From Camelus ferus (lineage: Eukaryota): a stretch of DNA of 64,000 nt. Shown in pieces: positions 23,425 through 37,800 of this stretch. The number at the start of each line of letters is the position of its first letter. Position 1 is the stretch's first letter. The position numbers and the translations under genes are program-made. Location of the stretch: positions 50,036,001 through 50,100,000 of the forward strand of contig NC_045707.1 of assembly GCF_009834535.1 (NCBI RefSeq), written 5' to 3'. The notes under the pieces were generated by a model that was given only the letters and a program-made list of their open reading frames with translations, had not been told where the DNA came from and did not search any database.

Positions 23425-24897
23425 CATATAACAATGAACTATCTCCTATTCTGTTGCAATTCCTTAAGAGTAAGAGGTTGTGTCTTATTTCCTCCTGCAG
23501 ATCTTGTTTGCAGTGTAATACCTTAGAACTCAAATAGAGTCCTAAGTATAATACATGTGGTAATTCGTTGTTCTCCCTACTTTGTCTACATTAACCCCAG
23601 ATAATTCAAACCATGATTTATTTAATTATTTGATAACTATAATGGAGCATCAACTTTTTGTACTTTAAAAAAATGGGGGTAATATACAGCTTATGAACTC
23701 ACTTTAAGTATTTCGTATGGGAACAATGTGTAGGCTAAGTCCAAGTGAATTTTATTGATAGCTCAGGAACTTAAAAGGCTTTCAGTGACTTAGTATTTTC
23801 CTTATCAGTAACACTAATCATATTTCAAGTTTATCAAGTTGTATTTTTTTCTACATATTCTATGATCTAGACTTAGTGATTCTCATTGACATGGTTCTAT
23901 CATTGGGGCTGTTTTGGGGCTACATGGATATATAAAATTTATTTTGGGGGCAAGAGTTAGATCCATCTTTTATTTGTTTCTTTATTCTTTGTCCAAGGCA
24001 TTTATTTCCACCACTGGTTCCATTTGTTTTCCTTTTCTTAAAGCCTTAAGCTGATGTCTGAATCACATGATTCTTTTCTTAATTGTACAATGTCATAGCA
24101 GAGCAAAAAGAGTCTTTAAGATCATTTTATCTAGCTATAAAAGACATTACTGGGTCAATTAACAAGAAAACAGTAGATTAAAGTATTGCCAGTGATAAAC
24201 TTTCTGAAGTTGATTATTGTGATACTGTTATGTAAGAGAATATCTTTATTCTTATCTAGAAAAATACACTTAAGTGTTTAGGAATAAAGGTGCCATGATG
24301 ATGTATTTACTTACCCCCAAATGGTGCGGGAAGAAAAAAATTGTGTACGTGTGTGCACGCACACATGCACGCTTGTGTGCAGAAAGAGAGAGTGAGCACG
24401 GGAGTAAATTATAAACCGAACAGCACAAAATAGTAACAACAGGTGGGTCTGGTAATGAGTATATTACTGTTCTTTACACTGTTATTATGACTGTTCTGGA
24501 ACTGTGAAATGGTGTCCACATACACAGTTTTTTAAAGTCATGTCATTTAGCCCTCTTAGGAAGAGCATTCCGTCCGTATGACACAGAAGGTAAGTTGCTT
24601 TCCCAGTCACCGTGAGAGACAGAACTGACTCCCAGTCCTATGTCTCTGTTATATTGTGCTGTCTTCTTCTAGTGAATAGTCACCGAGTTCTAACCAAAAC
24701 AGGAGCCAGTAATCCTGCTGTGTGACTACGCAGGACGCAACGAGGCTTACATATTAGTGATGTGGCTTTGGGTTTCTTTTACAAATATTTCTGCCATTAC
24801 CTGTCAGACTTACAACCCCCAGCCCCTCTGTTGCCTGGATGTCTGGTTATTAGATATGCTGCCCATTGTAATGAGACATGCCTACTTTGCTTTTTAA

Positions 24898-25104
<207 letters not shown>

Positions 25105-26535
25105 TAAGAGAAACAAAGAAACATCTAACATGCTCTGAATTTAGGAATGAGAGGGAAAACTGGAGACTGGCTGTTCCTTATGCCCTTCTTGGAATGCCTA
25201 ACCCTCCAGTTACCTGCTCATACTTAGTCACAACCAAGGTGTACTGCCCTTGTCATAAAGTCACACTATTTCATAACATTTTTGTCCTTATCTTTAACTC
25301 ATAGTTATGTCTTCTATTTGGAAACTATTTCTAACTGTGGAAATATGCCTAATATGTCTTAAGGCGTTTTTCTTGGGGGGAGCATGTTTAGGAAGGGTGA
25401 TGGTTATCAACCCCTTCATAAACCTGATACAAGCTTTAGATCCTCTCCCCAGAGACACACATTGGTCTGTGGAACCAAATATTTACAGTTTATTAACCTA
25501 CTGTTGCCCATTCGTGGATCCTCTAGGGGACTTTGAACCTCTTTGAACCTTTAAAAACCCCTGTGCCAGAATTCTTAGACGCATATCATTCACTTTTGGC
25601 CTCCAGAATTTTCTTGTTAAAGAACGTTTCTGACAAATGTATGAACCCCATGGCATTTGCGTATGGTCCTGTCCTGTCCTAACAAAGCTCTCTGTAAGAG
25701 TCTTTTCAAACCCCAGCTGGTAACCCATCTATTTTAAGCAATTATCGAGCCATGGTTTTTTTTAAAGTTTTTAAACTCTTAATTATATACATTTTCAAAC
25801 ATACATGAAAGTGGAATGGATAGCTTGGCAGCTCCCTCCCCACCATACCCATCAACCAGATCCAACAGTTACCAGTGTTCTGTCAACCTTGTTTTATCTG
25901 TTCCTCCTCTACCCCCATTCTTTTTTTCCTGGAGTACGTGTCTTTAGAACAAATCCCACATGTCATATAATTTCCCCCCATCAAGACTTTAGAGATTAAG
26001 AAACAAGCATTTTCCTTCACTCCACAGTGGCAGGACTTGCTTTGTGGTACATGACTGAACAGGCTGAGGCACTCCTGAGTGAATGAAAGTTCCCAGGGCA
26101 CTTTCCTGCCAGTGGACACTTTTTCCCCTGCCACTACCCAAGGGAAACTCCGTGCTGAGAAATCTGAACATTATCTCGAGGTAGCAAAAGCGATTGAGGA
26201 GATGCGACATGTTATCATGACAGTGCAGAGGGCAATGTAGAAGGAATTGTAAGGGAAGGTATTTTCTAAGATCCTTAACCTTGGGAATTTAGGACCAGTG
26301 GTTTACCGTTTTCAGCACAGCATGCCTCAGTCTCCCATTACTAATTCAAGGAAATCTCGGTGAATAAACTGCCTAAGGGTAGATAAGCTAAAAGCACACT
26401 GAATTATTAAATTGTACTGGCCAATTAAAGTGCAGCAGTTAGGCTTGTGTCGCTGTCTGTGGTTCCTCTTTCTAAATCATATCATACTGGGGCCAGGGCA
26501 GTAGTGGATCATGGCGATGAGAAGGAGACTGACGA

Positions 26536-27015
26536 ATCAGTTGTCTGTCGCTGTGTTAACAGTCCCCAGAACTTAGTAGCTTAGTAAAATAACTATCATT
26601 TCTCACAGTTTTGTGGGTTTCCTCTGCCCTGTTGGTGTTGGTTATTCCTCACACAGCCCCATAAAGCTGGCAGCTGGGCTGGCAGGTCCAGTGCCTCACT
26701 CACAGGCCTGCAGCTGTGGTGCTGGCTGTTGCTGGGATGCCTTGGTTTTCCATGTGCCCTTTCTCCGTTAGCAGCAGGATTTCCTTACAGCGTGGCAGCT
26801 AGATCTAGGACAGTAAAAGCCATAGCTGCTAGACTTTTTAAAGGCTGGACCTGAAACTTGCACAGTGTCCCTTCTGCCACACCCTGTTGGTCAAAGTAAG
26901 TGACACCGCCTGCAGAGATTCAAAGGGAGGGGCAGTCGGTGGAGTCCACATCCTGTGGTGGGGGAGTGGTGGTGTGTGCACAGGCATGACGGGAATTGCA
27001 GGTGAATGCATACCA
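26536..27015 (-). mobile_element. Old MaLR (MLT1-type) LTR, antisense
   Basis: ccccagaacttagtagctt..., atttctcacagttttgtggg and cttctgccacaccctgttggtcaaag motifs. Confidence 0.7.
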
Positions 27016-29279
27016 CGGCTGGTGGCTGGCAGGCTAGGAAAGGAGTGGGAGCCAGGTGGGAAGCAGGTGTGGCCTGGTGCTTGCCCCAGTGGGCAGTCAA
27101 GAGAATTCGGGCAGAAAGGGCAGGTCGTTGTGTGGGAGGCGGAAAGTTAAGGCAGGGTGAGGAACTGGAAATCTGCTAAGCACCAGCACAGTGAACACGA
27201 TGCAGTCTTATCTTGGTTTCTTAAATGCTTCCTGTTGAGACCGGATCTGTATCTGGCAGTCTCTAGGTGGAGGAGGGGCTTTCAGAAAGAAGGCAAACAG
27301 GACTGCCTCCTGGAGCATGGAGGGCAGCACTGAGATCAGGGCAGATCTTCGTGATACTGACTGTCTCTTGGCTTCCTGGTCAAAGCAGGTGCCAAGCCTT
27401 CTGTTTATTTTCTCTAGACTTCATGCTTAAAATCAGGCTTCTACTGAATTCTATTCACAGAACTTTCCCTTGAAACCTCCCTGAACTAGTCCCTGAATAC
27501 TCACTCCTATGTTTTAAAAAAATACTGATTTTAGTTGTCCTGGTGTAATACCATATATAACAGGTGGTGGAGATTTATAACAGTCTCCTCTGCTTTCTAC
27601 AGACCACTGTAAGGGTAAGCCAGGTTGGACCTAAGAACATTTAAGTATTAACTCTTCCCAGCAGAATTCAGCAAAAATGTGTTGAGCTCTCTTTATATGC
27701 CTGACATTGTGCTAAATGATAGTCTTTTAGGGATGAGTAAACCATTGTCTTCTAAAAAATTACTGCTTTATAGGAGAGAAACAGGTCTATTTTTTTAAAA
27801 AGTACTGTACAATGTAATAAGCAAAATAGATGTAGCGGAGAGGGACGGTGAAGACTCTGGGTTAGTCGAGGGGGCTTTGGGAGTAGGGGGCATAGTCAGG
27901 CTAAGAAGGAGTAAGTACTAAGCCACAGGTATATCTGAAGCACTGTGACTGTTGTAAATGCGCAAAGTTCAGTGCAGTGGCAGGATGTCTCGCCAAAGAG
28001 CTTGGGCGTTGTACTTTTCCTTGGAGAGCAGCCTGTGACACGTTTACACTGGGATTGACACGCTTGGAATTTACACACTTAGCAAGGTTATAAACGCAGT
28101 ATGTAGGTGACCGGAGGGGGATAAAAGATTAGAGCAGGGAGACCAGTTAAGAGGCTTTTGCTGTAATCTAGGTGAAGGATATTGAGGGTGTATCTGCTTT
28201 AGTGCAAGCATAGCTGGGGTAGAAAGAAGAGGAGGGATTCAGAAGATGTCTAGGAGCCCGTAGCAGTATCTCTGTGGCTGAGTAGGTTTGCTGACCTGTT
28301 GGATGTTGGGGAGGAGGGGAGGAGCTGAGGGTAACTTGCAGGCTTCTGCAAATTCTGCTGCCTGATCTTTTTCAAACAGTAATGGTGATTTTCCCCATAA
28401 GGCGTCACCTGTATAAATATGACTCTCTGAATGGAAAACTGGCTCGGTCTGAATGTAGTATAAAGTGAAAGCGCCTCGGGACTTGGGAACGTTGACGCGG
28501 AGTAGTGTTTCTCAGCCTGTCCCTAATTGTTTCAACATTTTTTCTGTTGCTTCTCCTTAAACACCACACAGTATTTTCTCCAGCATTTTTTTTTCACTAT
28601 TCTCTTTTTTCTAGATACAAAAAAATACATCTGAAAATTCAAGGTGTTGAGTACTGAAGTATGTTATTACCATTTATCTTGTTTTATCTGTGAATGTAAG
28701 ATCGGGCCTAGGGGTAAGTGAGGCCTTAGTTACACCCCAGGGGTCTCAGTTCCCATTCCTGGTGGGTGAAAACAGGAAAGTCAGATCTCTGAGGGACATT
28801 CTGTGTGGAGGCAAATAACACAGAGGACATCTCCTTCCCAACCCAGAATGCCAGTCCACACAACTTCACATGACCCGTTTGAAAACACTGCCTTAGAGCT
28901 CTTCATTTAGTGAATCTTAGCTTTTCTAGGTTGCAGGTTCTTTAGGCTGTATGTTGCTGTCTCTAGAGGAACAACTTAAAATGCATGTTAGAGATGTGTT
29001 CAAAATATTATTTCCCTAGCTTCCAATTAAAACAAAATCAGCAAATGCATTTTAGGGTGAGGACCACCAGGGTCTCTCTTATTAAGTATCAGCTGTGACT
29101 TTAATTAACAAAACCAACTTGAAACAGCACTGATGAGGAATACAGTACAACACAGCCTTTTCACACTTTGTTCAGTTTTTAGAAGAGTTAAGCTATTTTA
29201 TGTTTCAAAGTATGTATACTGATTAGATATTGATTATAATCAAATCCAATGTTATAAATATCAAACTGTTTATTTCCAG

Positions 29280-29459
29280 GAGAGGGAAGTCCTCTGAATT
29301 TAAAGCTCACACAGCTCCAGTTCGAAGTGTGGACTTTTCAGCTGATGGGCAGTTTCTAGCTACAGCTTCCGAAGACAAATCCATCAAAGTATGGAACATG
29401 TATCGCCAGCGCTTCCTGTATTCCTTGTACCGACATACGCACTGGGTGCGCTGCGCCAA
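29280..29459 (+). CDS. POC1B: POC1B exon 4 (180 nt; [20 protein letters not shown]...HWVRCAK)
   Basis: tatttccAG acceptor and GTAAG donor; WD40 sequence; phase 2-2. Confidence 0.97.
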
Positions 29460-30228
29460 GTAAGTGCCAAGTCTCACACTATGGTTTCGACATTTTTTCC
29501 TGCTAAAGTCCATGTTTTACCACTCAACCCCCAGAAAAGGAGACTGAGGGCAAATTTATTCATTCATCCATTCATTCATTTATTCTTTCAGCAAATATTT
29601 ATTGTGTGCCTGCTACATGGCAGGAATAGTAGTAAACAAAACAGTCAAAACCCGCTGCTTTCAAATGACGCTTATGTTCTAGAGAGGGAAGCATGACGAT
29701 AAACAAATAAGCAATTAGAGATGGTAGGTCAGATGGTGGTAAGTGCTGTGGAGAAAAACAGAGCTGGCTGGGAAGGCATCTGCTGGTTTAAACAGGGTGT
29801 TCAGCGACTGCTCACAGAGAGGGTGGCCTTTGAGCAGAGACCCGAGGAGGGCAGGGAGTGAGGCTTGAAGCTGTTTGGGAAAGAAGAGTCCTGCATAGAG
29901 TGAACAGGAGTAAAAGGCCTGAAGTGGGAGCCTGGTGCCTGTGTGAGGACAAGCGAGAAGGCTGGCGTGGCAGAGAGCAGGGGGAGGCAGGGGAAAGGAA
30001 CAGCCATGATGGACACGCTGAGTGATGAGATGCACTGGAGCGTGTTCTTGTCTCCGACTTACATTTTAGTGGGATCGCTTTGACTGCTGGTGGAGAACAG
30101 CCTGTCAAAAGTCAGGGCAGAAGCCAGGAGGTGCTGTGAGGGGCCACTGCAGTAGTTCTCATCTGGGTTTGGTCTGGAGTGGTGGCCCTGGAGATTCCAA
30201 GAAGTGGTTGGATTTTAGATAATCTATA

Positions 30229-30462
30229 CGGTTGACCCTTGAACAACACAGGTTGGAACTGCAAGGGTCCACCTACACGTGGATTTTTCAATAGTAAATA
30301 CCAGTGTGCTACACGAACCAAAGTTGGTTATGTCTGCGGATGCAGAACCGCAAATATGGAGGAACCTCGGCTTCAGAGGCCAGACTGATTTTGATTACAT
30401 GTGGATTTTGACTTTACAGAAGGTCGCCGCCCCAAGGCCTTATGTTGCTCAAGAGTCAGCTG
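30229..30462. mobile_element. Tigger2-family MITE (MER8/MER28-like) with TA TSD, inserted in an L2 (~29555-30545)
   Basis: TIRs CGGTTGACCCTTGAACAACA and TGTTGCTCAAGAGTCAGCTG (4 of 20 mismatched), flanked by TA on both sides. Confidence 0.85.
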
Positions 30463-30849
30463 TAGTTTGAAGTTACAGCCAGCAGTACTTGTTGTCATGT
30501 TGGACGTGACAGGAAAGAGAAGAACCAAGAATGACTCCGTAATCTTCGGCAGCAGTCTGTTGGGACAGGTGTTAGGAATGTCAGCAAACAGCCGTGGGGC
30601 CCTCAGTCCCTAAGACTGTGTATCTCATTTCACCATCAGAGCCGGCCTGGGAGGGAAGAGCTGTTGTTTTAATTTCTCCATTTTGCAGATGAGAAAACTG
30701 AGTTTCAAGAGTTAGTTAGAGCTCATCTAGGTGAAACGGATTAAAAACCCAAAGAAATTCTTTTCCACTTCTTAAGGGGGCTAGTTGGTGATGTGTTCAC
30801 AGCCTTGGAGTTGGGAAGGAGAGACGAGAACCAGGGCTCCAGTGCTGTC

Positions 30850-30875
30850 GTCTCTCTCTCTCTCTCTCTCTCTCT
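30850..30875. repeat. (CT)n microsatellite
   Basis: Visible dinucleotide run. Confidence 0.9.
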
Positions 30876-31544
30876 CCCTTTCCCAAATGCCAGCTTCAGT
30901 CTTTCAGACACTCTGGTGTGAGGTCACCACCAACTCTGGGCTGACATCCTCACAGCTTTGTGACCGGAGAGGGGACGCTGCTCCCAGCTCCAGTTAGAGA
31001 AGTACCGGGGGTGACTCTGACTCAGCCAGGACCCTGTGTCCATCCCTCCACCAGGAGTGAGATGCTGTGATTGTCCAAGTTCATCCAGGTACCCAACGGA
31101 GACCAGCTGCCCTGGCTGGGGAGGAGGGGCCACACCAACCATGTGCTCTGTTGGTGGAGAGAGAAGACAGTTCTCACAGGAAGGGGGCGGGCACAGAGGT
31201 AGTCACTGGGGGGACACTGTGGACCCTGCGGTAACCTGGCTTTGTGCCCACTGTGTGACATAACACGCTGGGTGTCCCCATCTGGCATGTGTTGGGCGGG
31301 GTTATGAGCCCAGCTCTGTCTTGCCTGACAGCTCACCTTTGTTGTGCTCTTACCCTTGTTATGTTCTCAGTGGGACATTATCGCTCAGGAGGGGTTGATT
31401 ATAATTTGTGCTAATGAGTCTAAGAAGAATAAAAAAAAGATAAACAGAAGGTCATACTTTTAGTCAGTAGTTTTTTCTTCTAAGGGTCTCAGCTACTTTT
31501 GACTCCAGCCATCTCAGTATTATTTCTGTACATGCCATGTATCT

Positions 31545-31775
31545 GTGTGGTTACGAGCACGGACGTGGAACCTAAATATATAGGTTCAGATCCCAGCCCC
31601 GCCACTTACTAGCTGTGTGACCTTTGGGGAAGTTACCTAACTTCTCACACCCTAGCTTTCTTACCTGTAAAATTAGCATGTTAGTAGTAACCTGCCACCT
31701 AGGTTGTCATGGCCTTTAAATGTGCAAATGTGCATGGAACACCCACTTAATAATCACTAGATAAATCTTAGCCAT
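31545..31775. mobile_element. MIR
   Basis: ggttcagatcccagccccgccacttactagctgtgtgaccttt...ctgtaaaat. Confidence 0.8.
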
Positions 31776-33292
31776 CATCCTTGTCACCATCATTGGATAT
31801 CTCATTCTTGTTTAATTTTTAAATACATTATGTAACTTGAGTTGATAATTTTCCCTACCCAAGGAAGTAACATGTGACTGTCCCAAGAGGCTGGTCAAAA
31901 CATTTGTATTTATATATAAAACGATGTTAATATGAAGAGGAGGCAGAGCTCTATCATCCAGTGGATGGGGCCCAGACAACAGAGGTACAGGTGACCGGGC
32001 CGGCTCTGGGAGGAGCCATTTAGCTCCCACCTACTAGGTGCCAACTCTGGATGTGTCCATCAGGGAGCTCAACATAAGCAGAAGCACCGAATGTTGATTT
32101 AGCTAATCAAGACAGAGTATGCCATGTGCATTCTGACTAGTAATAATAGCTATTAGTGTCCTATGTCTATTTCCTTTCAAAAATAATTTGAAGTGGTTTA
32201 TGATAAGTGACATACCGATGTATACGTCAGTCACTGGAGGGAATGGGGAGACAGTGCTATCTAGAGCCATGTCACCTTGGTTAGTGCAAATTTGGCACGA
32301 GGAGATATAGCCTGAGTGGCCTGCAGCCAGGGTATTAATGGAATGATGGTGGCTGACATAGTTTCATTTTCTAATAAGAAGAATTTCTATCAAGTTGTTC
32401 AGATAAGAGAAAATTTTTCCTGGACTAAATGCTAGGAGATACTTTATTCCTTGCCCTTGTATTGAATTCTTTATGTATAATATAAACGTTAAAAAGAAAA
32501 AAGTAACACTAATGTAAGACAGAACTTATGAAAGTTTGAAAAGTCGTCAATAATGTGAAGTTTTGGATTTCAAAACATTCCTTTAATAATCATAGCCCCT
32601 GATATGTGCCACATATCTGTGCTGGGTTTTAAGTACGTGGAGATGAAAGACACCCTTAGCCTCAAGGAGCTCTTATAATGTAATGGAAAAATAGATACGA
32701 ATAATTATGAAGGGATGTGTCCCATGGGAAGATGATACGCACGATGATAAGGAAGTGTGCGGTGGGGCGCTGACCTAGACTTGTGTAAGGAAGAGTCACA
32801 GGGACATTCCAAGCCCCAAACTGAGGGGAGGGAAGGAGAAGAGGAGGCAGCAGCTCATTGTCTGATGGGAGCAGGTGGCAAATCGGAACCTTGTGCTCTG
32901 TCTACCTGGCATCTATTCCCTATTTTCTGGAAACAGTGCCCAAGTGTTCCTGAGGAGCCAGCCCTCCCCGACGGTCCCTCTACACGTTCCAGAATGCCCC
33001 ATCTCCAGTCCAGCTGCAGGCTCAGCTCAGGTTTGCCGTCCGGAACCGAGCATCCCCCGTCCTATGAGAGCCAGTGAGTCTTGTTGGAACTACAGGCTCT
33101 TGTTGTGGGATTGCTACCTTTAGGCTTATTTAAACCTGTACTGCTTTGTGTACGTGCACAAAGAACTGACCTGAGAAAGATGCTGATTCTTTCAGAGGAG
33201 AGGGGAGCTATAAGGTGAAGGCAGAAGACAGAAACTGCTGTCTAGTTACGTGGTGTGGTTTCTGGATGTAGCCATACCTGGAAGTATTTGCT

Positions 33293-33351
33293 TGCGTGCG
33301 TGTGCGTGTCTGTGTGTGTGTGTGTGTATGTGTGTGTGAGAGAGAGAGAGA
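33293..33351. repeat. Compound (TG)n(AG)n microsatellite
   Basis: Visible dinucleotide runs. Confidence 0.9.
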
Positions 33352-35789
33352 TGAGCCTTAAAAAATTCCCTTTCACTTTTTTTTTTTTTTAATGCGCTTT
33401 CCAAAGGAAATAATGGTGAAGCAGAGTTTGGGAAAGTGGCAGTTATCTTTGCATCCAGTCATGGTCCCTGTTTTATCTCCATCCCCAGCACTGCCTTGGT
33501 TTTCAGCTTCATTATCCTTTGTGAAGACTTTGGCAGTAAACTAAATGTTTTCCATGACTACAGATTTGTGTTTATTCCCTTTCCCCTACAGCCTCCAAAG
33601 AGACCTTTGTGAATGCAGATCTGGTTGTGCAGTTCCTCAGGTGAAAACCACCCAGTGACTCCCTGCCCAGGCATACTTGTCCCGGCATATCTGCTCTGTC
33701 TTCTTTTATAACCTCGTCTTTTGTCCCGTTCACCATTCACCTTACTGCAGCTACGCAAGGCTCCCCAAGTGTGCGATGCTCTGTACGTTCTGTGCCTCTC
33801 TGTGTGTTCCCTTCACGCCTGGGATGCCCCCACTTCCACCCTCCCTTCGCCATCCTGCTTTGCATCTCTTCCTTCGAGAAATATTTCCGGTTCTCTCAGG
33901 CGGAGCCTGCTGTGATTCCCTTCTGCCACCACAGTGCCCTGTTAGCGAGGGCTGTGCCAGCTTAGGCCTCTCTTCCCTTTAGACTTTGAATTACAAGTGT
34001 TTCATTCGCTGTGTCTTCCCATGCCAGGGACTGCTGTACTTTCTGTAGGTACCACAGAAAGCAAATGAGACAGAATTCCTCCTCTCATGGAGCTCCCTCT
34101 ACCAAAGGGAGACAGGCAGTAATCAAATATACCAGTGATAAGTGCTCTGCAGAAAGATACTGTAGGGTAACAGGATGGAGCAACAGGGATGGGAGGTGCT
34201 CTTTTACACACAGCGGCCAGGGGAGCCAGCTCTGCTAAGGTGGCGTTGACTGAAGTGAGGGAGCTGGTAAGGTGGGTGTCAGGGGAGAGTGTCCAATTCA
34301 GAGTCAGATACAGCGAGAGAGAGACTGCGGAGCGTTAGGTATAGGGTGGGGAAGGCTCAGAGGAATGGTGCAAAAACGTGGGTTGAATGAATTGATGAAG
34401 GGTTGACCTCTAATGTGCAGGTGGCTTTGGTGGGAGTTTTCATGGGCTCCTTCAGAAAAGAGTCATTTTTGTGGATTTTTAAATATCAAACTCAGAACTG
34501 CTATACACACATGTTATGCATGGGGAATATGTGGCTTCACTACTTTTTTGTTTTCTCTGTTGAGATCGACAGTTTTTCTACTCCACACACCTGGTCTTAA
34601 TGGAATGCCTTCAACTTGCTGGAACCTTGTGGTTCTGAGGATTTTTTTGATCAGTTGTGTTCTTACTGTTTGGAATGAGTGATTCATGTGGAATTCTGCA
34701 GAGGCCTCTGGAGGAATGTTCTTTGATAAATAATTTGGTTAAATTTAATGAATAAGGATTTCATCTTTTTGGCAACTTCCCACATACGCGCTTGACCACA
34801 TGAGTTCTTTGTCACTCATTTGTTACCATCTTTTTTCTTGGCTCATCTTACTGCAGCTGGAGACCAAGAGAGCTGAGAGGGCTTAGTTGACCACTCAGGC
34901 CCAGGCTATCGGTGTTTGTGCAGCTTCCTGAGAACTTCACTTTGATGAGGTCATCCTAGCCTAGGACTTTCTTCCAAAGGTCTGAAGGATTAGAAGTCCT
35001 GCCTTCGCTCTTTACCCAGAGGTGAGAAGGCTCAGGGGGAATGGAGTCAGGCTTCACAAGTGTTAGAGAGTCTGAAATGTGAGCCAGATCCCAGTTTACT
35101 CATTTACAGTGATGACGCTAACTTTCAGAGGGACTGGAACATTTGCCTGCCTCAGTCAGAGCCTTCTTCCTCTGCCGACAAAGTCAGAACCAGGGCTCAG
35201 TGGGCTCTGGAACTAAGGCAAGAAAGTTTGTTCAAAAAATCTTGGTGGATAGTTTTCTCAGGTTAGGATAGCGCAATGGGCCCACCTCCTCCACATTACA
35301 TTCCTGCCAAGGAAACTGCATGATCGGTTCTGCTGGTCAGGTACTGTCTCCTCTGGGCTGGCTGGAGACATGCCGATTGCTCTTGCCTCTGGCGGTTGCT
35401 GGGCACCTTCTCTCTGTTGACATGGTGTCTTTCAGGTGGTGCAGTGTAATTGGCTAGTTTCACTAGCATGTGATCTGAGAATATGACGTAACTCCTCTGG
35501 GCCTTAGTCTGCTACCCTATAAAATGGGTACTAAGGGGTACCTTCCTCATAGAGTCATTCTGGAAATTAAACAAGTTCATAAATGTAAATAATGTCAGCT
35601 ATTAACTGGAACTCACGTTCCAGTTTTTTCTCCTAGGGATTATACTGGAGTCACCTTTAGGCTGTGTTCCAAAGTCATTCACACAACTGCACATAATGCT
35701 TGAGGTTGCTGCTCCAGGTAACTACTCTCAACCTTTGGATGCATTTTATGTACCTAACTATAGACGGTAACTTTGTTTTAAAGTCCTTG

Positions 35790-37800
35790 GGTCTGAAAAT
35801 CTTTGCCTTTTAATTGAAGTGCTTAGACCACTTGAATTTATGTAACTAGTCCTATGGTTAGGATTAAGTCTACAATCTCACTCTTTGTTTTCTATTTGTT
35901 TCATTTGTTTATTTCTTTTTACTACTTTTGGATCAATTGAGTGTTTCTTAGTATCCTATTTTCTCCTCTATTGGCTTTTTAGCTTTTCTCTTTGTCTTGT
36001 ATTTTTGTTTCGTGGGAACCTCTAGAGGTTACAGTATGCATTCTTAACATATCACAGTCTATTCCTGAATTAATTTCATGCCATTCTATATACAATATTA
36101 GAACTTATAAAAATTCTAATGTTAAAATTTACAAAAATATATCTCCATTTACCCACCTCTTGACAGTTTTACTTCTGCATAGGATATGCACCCACATACA
36201 TAAAGGAACCATTTTCTTCTAAAGAAAATAAGAAGCAAAAAGGCTTTTATATTTACGGCCATATTTACCTTTTCCAGCACTCTTTATTCCTTTGTGTAGA
36301 TCCAGGTTTCCATCTCATGTCATTTCCCTTCACCCTAAAAAACTTCATTTACTATTTCTAATATTACAGGGCTCCTGGTAATGAGTTCTCTCAGCTTTTT
36401 GTTTATCCTTTTTAGAGGATATTTTTGCTGAGATGTAGAATTTTATTTCAGTGGCTAATTCTTCTTTCAGCACTTTAAAGACATCATTCCTGGTTTGTGT
36501 TTTTTATATGAAAGCAGCATATTCCCCTGTATGTAATGTGTGTTTTCTTTCTCTCCTGCTCTAGGATTTTTGTTTTTAGTGATTAATCTTTTGTTTTCAG
36601 TTATTTGACCATGATGAACCTAGACAGGGCTTTGTATATTTTTCTTGTGGTTCACTGGACTGTGTGGATCTATGGACTGATATTTTCATCATGTTTGGAA
36701 AAATTTTGTGTTTTCTTCATATATTATTTCTCTACCCTAATTTTTTTCTCATCTCTTTTTGGAACTCCAAGTTCATGTTTGACCACTTGCTATCGTCCCA
36801 CCATTTATTGAGGCTTTGTTCATTTTCTCAAGCTTTTTTTCCTCTTTGTACTTAAGTTTGCATAGTTTCTACTGGCCTGTCTTCAAGTTCACTGGTGCTT
36901 TTTGTCCATGCAGTGTCCAATCCACTGTAAGCTTATCCATTTCTCTGATGAGATTTTCCATTTGCTTGCTCGTTACACCCATCTTTTCCTTAAATCCTTG
37001 AACATATTTATAATAACTATTTTAAAGTCTTTGTCTGCCAATTCCAACATTTATGGCAAATCTGGGTCAAAGTTTTTTGCTTCTTTGTATGTTTTTTTAA
37101 TTTTTTGTTGTATGCTAAGTGTATGAGAGTATGGATCACTCTGTCTTCTAAAACATGTTGAATTTTGTTCTGGCAAACAATTAACTTCTCCTGGCCCAGC
37201 TAGATTTTGTTGGATTTAGACTTTTTAGGGTGGATCTAGAGTAGCCTTTATTGTTGAGCTGTATGGTACTAGTGGCCTTTCTGAGGCCTCAGCTGAATGC
37301 CTGGAGTGCTCACCCAAATCTGTTCAGAGCTTGAACATCTCTCAGTGCTGTGTAGTCATGGGAATCTCTGTTCAGCTCACAGTCTCCGTTCTCTACCAAG
37401 CCTTGTTTCCTTGTGCATAAGCAGGTTTGTATTGACCACTCATTGGGACTCATAGGCAAATTTTGGGGGGTTTCTGCTCTTCAGAGCTCCTCTCTTCTAC
37501 CCTGCCTTCAAAATTCCAGCCAAGCCCTTTAGCAGATCTGAATTCTGACTCCTGTTTCCTCTGCCTAGTGAGACTACAGCTATTTCTTTGGGCTCTACGT
37601 CCTTATGCCATGGTCTGAAAAATGCTCCTATGTAGAAATCGAGGATGGATTTCTCACTTGTTTTTTCTCTCTTAAGATTCATAACCCTGTGCTTTCTCTT
37701 TTCCAGTAACTAAAAACAGTTGCTTTGTATATTTTGCTGACTTGTGTGATTGTTTATGCTTGGGGAGTAAGTCTGATAATCATTACTCCCCCCATCTAGA
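35790..37800 (-). mobile_element. Degraded old L1, antisense, followed by sense L1 fragments (~37810-38250 and ~38630-39010)
   Basis: Strong T-rich strand asymmetry and L1-like text; abrupt switch to A-rich L1 ORF2-end text at ~37810. Confidence 0.65.
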
